From contig CM007989.1 of assembly GCA_002189035.1 (NCBI GenBank), positions 4,092,001-4,156,000 on the forward strand: 64,000 nt of DNA. Direction: 5' to 3'. Both the position numbers and the translations under genes were made by a program. Under the pieces are notes generated by a model, which was given only the letters and a program-made list of their open reading frames with translations, was not told the DNA's origin and made no database searches. This document shows, one piece after another, positions 1-11,737 of this stretch. The stretch comes from Utricularia gibba. Taxonomy: Eukaryota; Plantae; Magnoliophyta. Positions within the stretch are counted from its first letter, which is position 1; each line of letters starts with the position of its first letter.

Positions 1-137
1 AGAGATGATGAAGAATTATTGCATGGGTCTACTTTTGCATCGGTTGATGGTAAATGTAATGAGACTTGGCCCACAACACAATTCGAATTATTGAAGGAAC
101 CCCCACCATTTCAATCGGCTCTGCATGGACTTGTGGA

Positions 138-262
138 CAGGGGCGGACCCAAGTGGGGGGGGGGAGGGGGGGCGGCATCGCCCCCTCAGAAAAAAAAATT
201 TTTAGATTAATGTTTTAAAAATTTTGGAAATTTTAACTATTTTGACTGAGTTACCGCCACTG
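138..262. mobile_element. Non-autonomous hAT-type MITE (125 bp)
   Basis: Terminal inverted repeats CAGGGGCGG (138-146) and CCGCCACTG (254-262), flanked by a perfect 8-bp duplication CTTGTGGA (130-137 and 263-270). An 8-bp TSD with CAG-starting TIRs is typical of hAT elements. The interior has a G-tract and an AT-rich stretch. Confidence 0.85.
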
Positions 263-1209
263 CTTGTGGATCTGCCGTGCTCTACGTAATGGACCCAACC
301 GCCAGAGCACCACCACCGTAAGTCATCCATCAAAGGCAGTGAAGCCTGACTCGGGGTGGGGACCGACAACAGCAGCGGCAGAGTCATGTGAGGTCATGGG
401 CCAGCAGTCCGGAGGTGTGCCTCCTTAGGAGTTGGAGCCCTTGACGGCGGCGTTAGAGCATCGGACCTTGCCGCGATGAGTGACACCGTCGGAGGGACCG
501 CCGGATTCGTGAGGCGCTCGTCGGTGGCAGCTACATATTCGCAGATAGTTTATTATCAAAAAGGGGTAGAAGATGTAGTGGAAAATGAATTTTATGTGTG
601 TTATTAAATATGAATTTGGAAAGATAGTTATATTTAGAAAAGCTTCATAAACGCCGGGGAACTACATGGTCATGGGGACAAGCCGACGGCGGTTTCAATC
701 CTGGGGGCTACATGGCACAGCAAATCCTTCGCCCTGGGCGCCGACAATCCCGGCCGCTCTGCCATGTCGATGGCCGCAACGCCGTCGGGCAACCTCCAGT
801 TGAAGCACTGGATCATGGCGCCGATTATGCTCACCAATTCATTAATTGCTAGAATCATCCCGGACAGCCACGCCGCCCTGTCCCAAAGGGCAATAGCTCG
901 TAGTGTTGACCTCGTATGTCAAGATGCTCCTTGTCTTTCTCCAGAAACCTTTCCGGCCCATGGACCACACATTGACAAATAGAAGTGTCTGGGAGGGGAT
1001 ATGGTAGCCGTCGACGACGCAATCAGTGCTGGATTTCCGAGAGATCATCGGGATCGGAGGGTGGAGACGGAAGGTTTCCTTGATTATCGCCTGAAGGTAG
1101 GGCAGAGCTGGGCCGTCTGTTTCTTGCACCAATCGGTCGGATCCGATGATTCGATCTATTTCTTCTTGAGCTTTTGAAAGCACATTTGGATTGCTCATGA
1201 GCTCCGCCA

Positions 1210-1578
1210 TGTCAAGACTGAGTGTTCGACCAGTCAAAGCTGACCGAGTTGGGGTGTTTGATACACGTTTCAAGACTATCCACTACACGTGTTAATCACG
1301 CATTTCATGTGTTGAACGAGCTTCTGCTAAGCTAGAAGATAATCTTGGAATATTGAAATAATACTGAGTAATAAAGACTACACACCCGTTGGAAGTGGGC
1401 AAGTCAGTCAGCCCTGGTTTCGCGGGTTTGTTAGGTCGTTGAGATCTGAAACTTGGTCTCATTATATGGTCTCATTAGATCCTGTTTTTATGTGAAGTTT
1501 GTTAATTTTGAGTCTATAAAAGCTAATGTTCACAGCTTGTATTTGTATCTACTTCATTGCAATAGACATTGTTCTTCA
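1210..1578 (+). repeat. Truncated LTR (5' ~369 nt)
   Basis: Starts TGTCAAGAC. Matches 4456-4822 with 9 substitutions and one 2-nt indel by my count. Ends at ...CTTCA and joins directly to internal retroelement sequence. Confidence 0.92.
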
Positions 1579-1579
1579 C

Positions 1580-4440
1580 AATGGTGATGTCATCTCCACA
1601 ACACCGGCAACCAAAGGTACTTATTTCTTACCTTGGACCTTAGTTCCACAAGAATCTGCTAAACCTGCTAGGCTGAACGAACATGAGAGATGGCATAAAG
1701 CACTTGGATATGCCAGCTTCCAAGTCCTTCAATCCATGAGTAAAGGCGGAGTCTGTAGAGAATTCCCAACACTAAGGTACCCTGATGAAATGAAGTGTTC
1801 AATATGTCTTCAAGGAAAAATGAAACAACTACCATTCCCTCAACAAGCATGCTTCCGAGCGGAGAGACTAATGGAGTTGGTGCATTCTGATGTTTGTGGT
1901 CCAATAAGTGTTGAATCACTTGGAGGGAGTAGGTACTTCATTAGCTTCATTGATGATAAGTCACGTTATTGCTGGATGTTCTTTATGAAATGCAAGTCAC
2001 AGGCCTTTGAGCACTTCATCACCTTCAAGGTCTTTGCTGAAAGAGACTCTGGAGAAAAGCTGAAATGCCTTTGTACAGATAATGGAGGTGAATTCAATTC
2101 CCTGACATTCAAAGAAGAATTAAGAAGAGAAGGCATCAAACATCACAAAACTGTGGTTTACTCACCAGCACAAAATGGCGTAGTAGAATGGAGAAATGCT
2201 ACAATTATGGCCAAGGCTAGATGTCTACTTTTGGAGAAGAAGTTGCCTAAGCACTTTTGGAGTGAAGCAGTTGCAACCACGGTGTACATCCAAAATAGGT
2301 TACTCACTCATAGCTTGAAAGGAGTGACACCGTATGAAGCATGGAATGGAAGATCACCAAACCTTGGTCATCTTAAGGTATTTGGATCTGTGGCTTATGT
2401 GCTTATTCCTGTTGAATGCAGAACCAAGCTGGATAGTAGATCTGTGGCTGGGATATTCATTGGATACTCTGAATAAACAAAAGGTTACAGAGTCTATAAT
2501 CCACAAAACAAGAAATTCAGTGTGGTAAGAAATCTATGGATTGATGAAGATGATCATTGGGATTGGAATCATAACATGCTTGCATCACACGTATCTAGTG
2601 CAACTCCAAAAGTAAGATCTTATACTGCATTAGATTTTCTTCTTGATGACTTAGATGAAGATGCTTATCCTGGTGAAACCCTTGAGATTCCTGAAGTCAA
2701 TGGCGATCTTGACCCTTGGAGTGATGATGGTATAGACAATAATAGTCAAAGCAACACTCCATCTAGATCCACCATTGAAAGCAATTATGACAATGGATCA
2801 CCATCTGAGACACCTCCCCTCAAAACTAGATCTCTAGCAGATCTGTATGAGTCAACACAACCAATACAGATGTCGGAATCAAATCTTCATGAGTTTGCCA
2901 ATGCAGTTGTGTCTGCAACAGAGCCCTTAACAGTTGCTGAAGCACTTCAACAACCTCAATGGAGAAAGGCCATGGAAGAAGAAATTATGATGATCCAAAG
3001 GCACAAAACGTGGATACTGGTCGATCCACCAACTGGAGCCAATATCATAGGACTGAAATGGGTGTTCAAGGTCAAGACCAACCCAGATGGAACACTCCAA
3101 AAGTACAAAGCCAGGTTAGTAGTCAAAGGATGTTCTCAAGAATATGGAATTTATTATTATGATACATTTGCTCCAATTGCGAGATTTGAGACTATAAGGC
3201 TACTAATAGCTATAGCTGCTCAAGAAAACTAGAACATACACCAGATGGATGTTAAGTCAGCCTTCTTGAATGGTGATTTGCAAGAAAAAATATATTGTGT
3301 GCAGCCTCCAGGTTTTGAAGTAGTAGAAAACAAAGTATGTTTGCTACTTAAGGCTTTGTATGGCTTGAAACAGGCACCTCGTGCTTGGTATGATAAGTTG
3401 GAGAAGGTATTACTTGAGTTTGGTTTTGAAAAAAGCAAAAATGAGGTTGCGTTATTCACACTTCTACAAGAGAAATCTGGAATTCTGATAGTTGTGATAT
3501 ATGTAGATGATATCATGATTACAGGTAATGATTTGAATCAGATTACCAAGTTCAAGAAGTTCTTGAAGGAAAAATTCGACATGACAGACTTGGGAATATT
3601 ACATCAATTCTTGGGAATGGAAGTGAAGCAACAACAAGAAGGGATCTTTCTATGCCAAGAGAAGTTCACCAAGAATTTGCTAAGTAAGTTTGGGTTCTCT
3701 AAATGTTCATCAGTAAATATTCCTATGCTTCAAAACTACAAGTCATTGTGCACAGAAGCTGGAGAGCCAATAGATCAGACACTTTATAGATCCATTGTCG
3801 GATCATTGATGTTTCTGACTAATACTCGTCCAGATATTATGTTTGCAACCAGCTTATTGTCCAGATTCATGCAGTGCCCACTGATGGCTCATCTACAATG
3901 TGCGAAAAGGGTACTTAGGTACCTTGTTGGAACGTTGACTTATGGTCTATATTATAACAGAAGCAACAAGGTTATGTATGGCTTCGTTGACTCAGACTTT
4001 GCTGGAGCTAATGATTTCAGAAGCACCTCAGGTTATTTCTTCAAATACGCCTCAGCTGGAGTATGCTGGACTTCCAAGAAACAACAAACAATTGCCCAAT
4101 CAACCGTAGAGGCAGAATATGTTGCTGCTTCCTTAGCTGGAAATTAGGCTAGCTAGCTAAGGAAAATGCTCACTGATCTTGGAAGAAAGGAACTAGATCC
4201 AACCACGATATATTGTGATTCCAAAAGTGCCATAGCCATGATCAAAGATCCTGTGTTTCATGGAAGAACGAAGCATATATCAGTGAAGTACCACTGTATC
4301 CGTGAGAAGCAAAAGGATAGTGAATTAAGGTTCATATACTGCAACTCTAGTGATCAAGTTGCTGATATTTTCACCAAGGCACTATCTCTCAATCAATTTG
4401 AGAAATTGAGAAGTGAGCTGGGTTTAATGGATGGTAAAAC
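1580..4440 (+). pseudogene. Copia pol: pre-integrase, integrase, reverse transcriptase, RNase H
   Basis: ORFs 1526-2476, 2522-3232, 3245-4147 and 4166-4579 share one frame. Motifs include VHSDVCGP, FIDDKSR, TDNGGEF (INT); WVFKVK, YKARLV, MDVKSAFLNG, YVDDI (RT); DSDFAG and ADIFTKAL (RH). Interrupted only by in-frame stops. Confidence 0.93.
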
Positions 4441-4455
4441 ACTCACGGGGGAGCT

Positions 4456-4917
4456 TGTCAAGACTGTGTTCGACCAGTCAAAGCTGACCGAGTTAGGGTG
4501 TTTGAGACACGTTTCAAGACTATCCACTCCACGTGTTAATCAGGCATTTCATGTGTTGAACGAGCTTCTGCTAAGCTAGAAGATAATCTTGGAATATTGA
4601 AATAATACTGAGTAATAAAGACTACACACCCGTTGGAAGTGGGCAAGTCAGTCAGCCCTGGTTTCGCGGGTTTGTTAGGCCGTTGAGATCTGAAACTTGG
4701 TCTCATTACATGGTCTCATTAGATCCTGTTTTTATGTGAAGTTTGTTACTTTTGAGTCTATAAAAGCTGATGTTCACAGCTTGTATTTGTATCTCCTTCA
4801 TTGCAATAGACATTGTTCTTCATTTTCTTACTCTTTCAACCCAAAACCCTCTTTTTTATTGCTGTTTTTTTCCTTGCACGATTTCCTGTTAGAGTTCATC
4901 CCATTTTTCATCTAACA
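4456..4917 (+). repeat. Complete LTR (462 bp) with PPT upstream and PBS downstream
   Basis: TG...CA termini. Polypurine tract GGGGGAG at 4447-4453 just before it. tRNA-iMet PBS TGGTATCAGAGC at 4920-4931 just after it. Confidence 0.93.
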
Positions 4918-4934
4918 AGTGGTATCAGAGCTGG

Positions 4935-6350
4935 TTGGATATGAATGCAACTCAATCCGGTGCTGTATGGAAATTCAATGGTGAAGATTATGCTATTTGG
5001 GCCACCCAAATGAAGGCGTACCTCCAAGCAATGAAGTTGTGGGAAACGGTTAATGCACCAGCGCAATTAGAGCAGCTTCCTGCCAATGCCTCGCTGGAAA
5101 GAGTAAAAAGAGCTGAAGAATTACAAGCCAGAGAAGGCCAAGCGAAGGTGGTACTTTATTCTGGTATGGATAAATCTATTATTCCACGAACTTTAGCTTG
5201 CAATTCTGCTAAAGATATATGGGAAATTCTTAGAACTGAGTTTGAAGGAGATGAGAATTCCAAGGAAATGCGCATTGCAAATCTGGAGATGGAGTATGAG
5301 AGCTTGCGCATGCTTCCATCTGAAACCATCAAAACATATGTTGATCGGTTCATGAAGGTAGTCACTCAATTGCAGATGCTTGGTGTGCGAAAAAGTGATT
5401 TCACAATGGCAAAAAAGATCATGCATACTGTTTTGCCTCGTTTTGAGCCAAAAATCTCATCTCTGGAGTGTAGCGCAAATTATGAGAAATTGACTGTTGC
5501 TAAGTTATCTAGTGCCCTACAAGCACTTGAATGCAGGGTTGCTGCACAAGAACAAGTTATGGAGAGAGCACTAGCTACACTCAACCTTGGAAAGCAGGAT
5601 AGAAAATATCCAGAAGGACGAAAAGGAGGAAAAGGAAAACAAAAAGGGAAGGACAAAGGGAAGTTTCCCCCTTGCAAACATTGCAAGAGAACATCACATA
5701 CTGAAGACGTATGCTATTGGAGACCAGATGCCCAATGCTCCAAATGCAACCAATTGGGCCATGTTGATAAGGTATGCAAACAAAAGAAGGAAGCTCAAGC
5801 AAATGTCGAGACAGCTCAGAAAAAGCAAGTGGAGACACTATTTACTGGTTGTTTGCTTAACCTTATAAAGCTTTATAGTGCTGCAAAACATGAGTCTCTA
5901 TGTGCAGCAACAATGCCAGACACAAGTTCTACCTCAAATACAGGATGGCTAGTTGACTCAGGTTGTTTTGCTCACATGATTGGTGATGAAAGGTACTTTG
6001 AGACTTTGGATTATTCAAGTACAGCAAGTGTGAGACTTGGAAATGATGAACTTCTAGATGCCATTGGTAAAGGTACGGTCATGGTGCATACTCCTCTAGG
6101 GTTAAAGCATCTAGAGAATGTTTACCTAGTTTCAAAATTGAACATCAACCTTCTAAGTGTGAAAAAGCTAGATGATAGAGGATACTCTATCACATTTGGA
6201 AGAGGAACTTGTGTAATCTCATATCCAAATGGTGATGTCATCTCCACAACACTGGCAACCAGAGGTACTTATTTGTTACCTTGGACCTTAGTTCCACAAG
6301 AATCTATTAACCCTGCTAGGCTGAACGAACATGAGAGATGGCATAAATAA
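4935..6350 (+). CDS. Copia Gag-protease ORF, prematurely stopped
   Basis: 471-aa ORF with a gag N-terminus (KFNGEDYAIWATQMKAYL), two CCHC knuckles (CKHCKRTSHTEDVC, CSKCNQLGHVDKVC) and protease WLVDSG. TAA at 6348-6350 replaces the GCA seen in the duplicate segment near 1699. Confidence 0.88.
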   Translation: MDMNATQSGAVWKFNGEDYAIWATQMKAYLQAMKLWETVNAPAQLEQLPANASLERVKRAEELQAREGQAKVVLYSGMDKSIIPRTLACNSAKDIWEILRTEFEGDENSKEMRIANLEMEYESLRMLPSETIKTYVDRFMKVVTQLQMLGVRKSDFTMAKKIMHTVLPRFEPKISSLECSANYEKLTVAKLSSALQALECRVAAQEQVMERALATLNLGKQDRKYPEGRKGGKGKQKGKDKGKFPPCKHCKRTSHTEDVCYWRPDAQCSKCNQLGHVDKVCKQKKEAQANVETAQKKQVETLFTGCLLNLIKLYSAAKHESLCAATMPDTSSTSNTGWLVDSGCFAHMIGDERYFETLDYSSTASVRLGNDELLDAIGKGTVMVHTPLGLKHLENVYLVSKLNINLLSVKKLDDRGYSITFGRGTCVISYPNGDVISTTLATRGTYLLPWTLVPQESINPARLNEHERWHK

Positions 6351-9300
6351 CTTGGACATGCCAGCTTCCAAGTCCTTCAATCCATGAGTAAAGGTGGAGT
6401 CTGTATAGAATTCCCAACACTAAGGTACCCTGATGAAATGAAGGCCATCGCCCACTCGGCCAGTATCGCGGTTGTGTCGGTGCCGGCGGTGAAGAAATCC
6501 TGAAGGCGACAAGGACAGTCACGTCGTTGATGTTTTACTTGCCTTGATAACAAGTCATTCTATTAACGGAAAATGCGGTTTAAATTCGAGAAAGAAATGT
6601 GAGCATCTGTTACCAAAATCAGAGCTTTGACGTGTTCTCTGGTGAATTTAACTTCCGCATTCTTGTTTTCCAAGATATCTAGAAGCAGATCCAGAATGTC
6701 AGCTGGTTCAGTGGCGACGATGGAGGGGCGGCTCCGCCGCTGTTTCTCCCTTTCGGAGATGATTTTCTCGAGCAGACCATCGTACCTCCGATGGATATCC
6801 TGCGACCTCTTTCTTACCCCCTGGAAGTCGAAGTTTTTGCAAAACCAAATGATGTCCGCGACATGGAATTCTCCGAAAATCTGGGTGACTTCTCGGAGCA
6901 CCGAATGCTGAGCATCATGTTTGAAATCACGTTACTAGTAAGCTTCAGCAACTCCTCCGTGATATTAATCACTTCGCCAGATTCCCCCTTTTCGTGCAAA
7001 ATCTTCAAAAAGCTCTTGACTTCAAAAATTCGAATCGGCTGAAAATGGGCCAGATTCCTCATTCCAAGAAGCTCCTGTGTGCAGACTTTCTTGATATATT
7101 TCCAGTATGGTCCGTAAGGGGAGAAAGAGAAAGAGGATTGGTAGGTCACAATATCGATCGCGGTGGACTGTTGTCTGGATAAGAAAGCAACCTCATTGGT
7201 TTTGAGAAACTCTCTAACGACCTCCGGCGAGGAGGCTACGACGCAGGGCATTGAGCCGAGGTACAGTTGAACCAAGGGACCGTATTTCAGCGAGAATTCA
7301 TGGAAAGTATGGTGAAGTTTAGGGCTGAGGAGATGGAGGTGGCCGATGATGGGGAGGCGGCGGGGTCCGGGAGGCAGCGGCGGGTTGCTGCCGCGCCGGT
7401 TGAAAAAGTGAGGGAGGAAGGCGGCGGAGATGATGAAGATGGCTGCCAACAGAACACTATCTGTTGCTTCCATTTGTTCGTAAGCAATGCGACTGGGGTG
7501 CAAGGTCCCTTGATTTAAAGGCGGATGAAGCTTCTCTGGATGCTATGGTTCCAGTGAATCAGACGGTCGGGATTCGATTCGATGCAGTGATGCATCGGCC
7601 TCGTCTCTGGCAAGTGGCAAGCGAGGTAGATGGCGAGGGTATAATGGGAACACGCGATTCCTTTTTCGTTGGTTGGGATATAGGTGATGGTTTCATAATA
7701 GCATTGTAGTGTAAAGAAAATAAAGTTTCACAGGATCTGACATAGAAGTGACAATAGAGGACAAGGAAAGGATGTGTGAACGGCAAGGTGGGTCACAATA
7801 ATAGCATATTAAAAAAAATTACTTCAATTAAACACACTTTCTTGCTGAGCTTTGGAACTTCACTTTTTTTAATATTTGGAACTGCGGTTCGAGTTCCTAT
7901 GCATTTCATGAATGTGGAACTAGAACCATATGGTTTCAGGCTGATTCGAAATATTTAGAATCGGGGAAACTGTGATTTCAACCCATGCGGAACCGACGAT
8001 TCAAAACCGATGAATCGTCGAATTCGTTTCTTAATAGTGTCCTTAAAAAACTGTTATGAGAATTTAGAAAAAACATTTAAAAGAACGAAACGTTTTTCAA
8101 ATATACCCAACGTCTCATATGGGTATATGAGAAATATTCTCTATTTTTAAGATTATTTCTAAACCTTTTTAACAATCGTTATAGAAATATTGAAATTTTT
8201 TTTAAAAAGATGTATTTCGTAGATATTCACAACGATTCATGCGTGTTCGAAAATTCATCTCTCTTTTTCTAAAATAATATTTATTTTATTTAATAACTAA
8301 ATTTTCATTTTTAAAACCATAGTTCAAATTGAAACTATCTTGTTTTTGTTCAATTCAAGATTTAAAAATTTGGTTTCGAATAGAAACCGAAATCAAAGTA
8401 AACAAAAAACCACATAGAAGTTTATGAATCGAGGGTTGAAAAAAAATCTAGCGGTTCAGAAATAGTCACAATTCTATTTCAGGTTAGTAATCTTAAAATA
8501 TTATTGAATGGAAAAGTTGTGCCAAAAAATTTCTAATATTTATCTAAATAACCTAATTGATTTCCAAACTCATTTATATTATTTGAAAATTATATAAAAT
8601 TAATTCAATATTGTTTGAAATCAAGTAAAATTGATATACATTTCCTTCAATAATTTTTATTTTAAAACTCTATAAAATAAAGCTTGAAAAAAATACTCTC
8701 TAATATTTTTTAAAATTACATAATTGGTCACAAATAAGCAAATTCTGACTCCCATAATTTACTATTGACCATGCATGCCACCTGGAACGATTCATGTTGG
8801 CTGGCCGGCCGCCTGATAGCATATGTTTTAATAATTTTAAGATACAAAAATGACTATTATCATCATGTAAAATTAGTATTTTTTTAAATATTTAACATTT
8901 GTATGATTAATAGTCTAATTAAGTATTTTACTCCAAATTGAAACTAAATATTGAATTTAACCCTAATCTTTGTTCTAATCACTCTCTTTGAGCGATGTAA
9001 GACGTTTTTAACAGTTTAAATCTCAATGAGGTGAAAGAGAATAATGAAGGTAGCAGAAGATATGGACAAAATCTGAAATTAAGTACAAAAAAATCCAAGG
9101 AAATAATAAATTAGATTTTTGATATAATGATAAAAGAGAATGAGAATATACTATTTTGATCAACATGCCACACAATTTTAGGAGGGGGGGCTAGAAAGAA
9201 AAACACAAGAGAACCACAAAGGAGGAAGGACGACGAACAAGAAACCAAGCTTACTTTTATAGATTTTCATTGTTATTTAGGAATCTTACTTCCAATCAGG

Positions 9301-11737
9301 AGTGGATTTTAACATTTTAATATTTTGCATGAACTATTTATTTTTCCAATGACTGTTTATCTATTTTTTTACTGTTGAATTGTAAAATAAAGATGATGTT
9401 GATTTTATGTTATATTCTAGTTTTATTTTTTTTTTCTTCATGAGTAGTTAAGTACCAATTGGTGGCTTGGGATCAAAGGAAACAAATGTGCTCATTGATA
9501 TATAACCCGTACTAGTTATATAATTACACTATTTCTTTAACAAATCAAGATAGTTCTAGGAAGTAAAGTTAGTGAAACTCATTTTAAATAATCCTAGTTA
9601 TAAGTAGACCAAAAATTAAAAGAAAACAAAGATTTGAATACACTTGAATTTTTATTGACTGGATGTATGATTTTAGATTGGGATGAGATAATTATAACGA
9701 TAAGTATGTTGTCCGGTAGTGGGGGCCGACGGCTTGTGGTCATGGATGATGGCGATGATGAATGGTGAAATTCGGAAAAAAAAAATGAAGTTTGATTATA
9801 AGGATCATTGAAACAATGGAGGATGTATGGTACTAGTTTAATTTATGGATTTAATTGAAGCAATGGAGATAATGCATGTTCCGTTTCTAAGCAGTGAGGA
9901 ACATTTATGCCTATTATTCAAATAACATGAAATATTATGTTAAAATTCAAAAATATATGAGAATAATTTCTCGGATACGTCAAACCTTAGGGATTAAATA
10001 TGTTTTATATGTAAAATATTGAGAACCAATTACGCTATTAAGACTAGACATTCCATTTTGATCAAATAGTGAGGATTAATAATGCAATTTTGATAAAAAA
10101 AAGTGGGAATTTTGGCGGCGAGCTCCCATTATATAACCTGGTGTGTTGCAATTCTGATGGTATTGAAAATCGAAAGACAAAATTTGTTTGGAAGCGGTAT
10201 GAGAATAAAGACACTACACCCTGTGGGAAAATCGAAAAAACTGGTATGAGAATAAAGCGGTAACCCAAGTTTGTTTGGAAGGAACCTCTAAACAAATCAT
10301 ATTACGGGATACAAATCGGTCTACACCAACCGATAAAGCAGTTACATAACAAAAAGGGGACAGAAAATGAAGTGTGTTAGTCTCCAGCCGCTCTACAATA
10401 GTCCAAAAGGTAGTCTACGTGTAGGAGAGTAAAGCAAGAGATGGCTTTTTGTTGACGGGGACCATCGACAAGATTAAGATTAAGAAAGTGGCTGATTCAC
10501 TCAGAATTAGTTGGGCATGGCTACACTATAAATAAGAACTTATTTCACGAAAAGAGAGTGAACTCCTTGAAATATGTTTGAGATTCTCTTCTTACTCTTC
10601 TAGTGAAAATCATTTCTCTTATAAGTATCCTTAGTTCTATGATTTCAATCATATCAATTTTCACGTAAAAATACTTGTTTTTTTTACTGCTTTTCATACT
10701 AATTAGATCAGATTTAAACCCTTAAATTAGTAACTTACATCACCAGAATATCCTATTATCCTTGAAAAATCGAATTGTTTGCCTGCTTCCCATTTTTAAC
10801 CACAACTTGATTGCTCTAAAATTTACTTTTTTATTATTTCAATTCAATATGATAAATAGTTTGATAAAAATACTTTCTAATGTTTTTTTAAAATTGCATA
10901 AAATCTACATATCAATGCTTAAAAATCGATTAAAATCAATCCATATTGTTTAAATTATTTAATATGATAAATTGTTTGACAAAAATAATTGAAAATATTT
11001 TTTATGTTTAAAAACCTAATTATGTCAAAATTTGAAAATATATGAAATTAATGTTACCCGATACGTCAAATCTTAGAGATTAAATGTGTCCTATATGTTA
11101 CATGATCAGTTATGCCAATGGGGACTAAACGGGATATTTTGATCAAATAGTGAGAACTAATCCATTTTAATAAAAAGTGGGGACTTTTGATGTAGAGGTC
11201 TCATTGGGTGTATTAGAATTTAGGCAATGATTTTTAATGTGCGATAAAAATGACACCCTATGTGTAAAAATTTATTTTTAGTATATGAGAGAAAAAGAGA
11301 AGATAATCATTTTTATAAAAGATACTTATCTAACTCTGTGTTTTAATTCTTGCAGATCAATCTTATGACCTCATTTTTTCTTTCTTATTATTGCATTGAT
11401 CATTCCCTGATATTTTCAAATATTCTCTTATTGAAGGTACTCAATGAGTCTAATTAAATGAGGCTGCCTACCATAGAAGCATAAACAAGCAACCCAAAAT
11501 TCTTAATGATTGGAGTCCTAAAGACCATTCAATGGGCATTAATCTCAATGGGGCCACTGCTCATAACGAAGTAGATTCGTGAGTGTCATTGACACTTTCT
11601 TAGGACCACATTCATTGAAAATGAGACATTATCTTTCTAGACACATCTTCCTCCTTTTGGTTGTTGTTGTGGCTCCTTTTTGTAATATGGGGTTGCATGT
11701 CACTACCATAGGAAGATATACTCGAACATGTTGTTAC

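Larger units (their letters stand above)
1210..6443 (+). mobile_element. Rearranged (permuted) Ty1/Copia LTR retrotransposon, Ivana/Ale-like
   Basis: Order: partial LTR 1210-1578, pre-integrase/INT/RT/RNaseH 1580-~4440, PPT, full LTR 4456-4917, PBS, gag-PR 4935-6350, ending inside the pre-integrase region at 6443. Flanks are CGCCA (1205-1209) and GCCA (6444-6447). The lineage guess rests on two CCHC knuckles and is not tested. Confidence 0.93.
670..7473 (-). pseudogene. CYP93B: CYP93B flavone synthase II-like cytochrome P450 pseudogene (copy 1)
   Basis: ATG 7473 (MEATDSVLL...PPGPRRLPIIGHLHLL). Exon 1 7473-6614, GT-AG intron 6613-6500, exon 2 6499-6444 plus 1209-670. Motifs [17 protein letters not shown] and [10 protein letters not shown] are present. 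Disrupted by the Copia insertion (1210-6443) and by two 40-bp frameshifting deletions relative to copy 2 (at ~951-957 and ~6896). Confidence 0.93.

Noticed and set aside
4456-4579. RNase H ORF reading through the PPT into the LTR as a novel C-terminal extension
   Set aside because: It is about 40 codons of LTR sequence with no recognisable domain, in an element whose pol is already broken by stops.
10270-10740. LTR-like segment with a TATA box (CTATAAATA)
   Set aside because: I found no matching TSD or second LTR, so boundaries cannot be supported.
9972-11207. Diverged direct repeat (~9972-10120 and ~11058-11207)
   Set aside because: It looks like two decayed copies of a MULE/MITE terminal sequence. 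No TSD or internal structure supports a single element.
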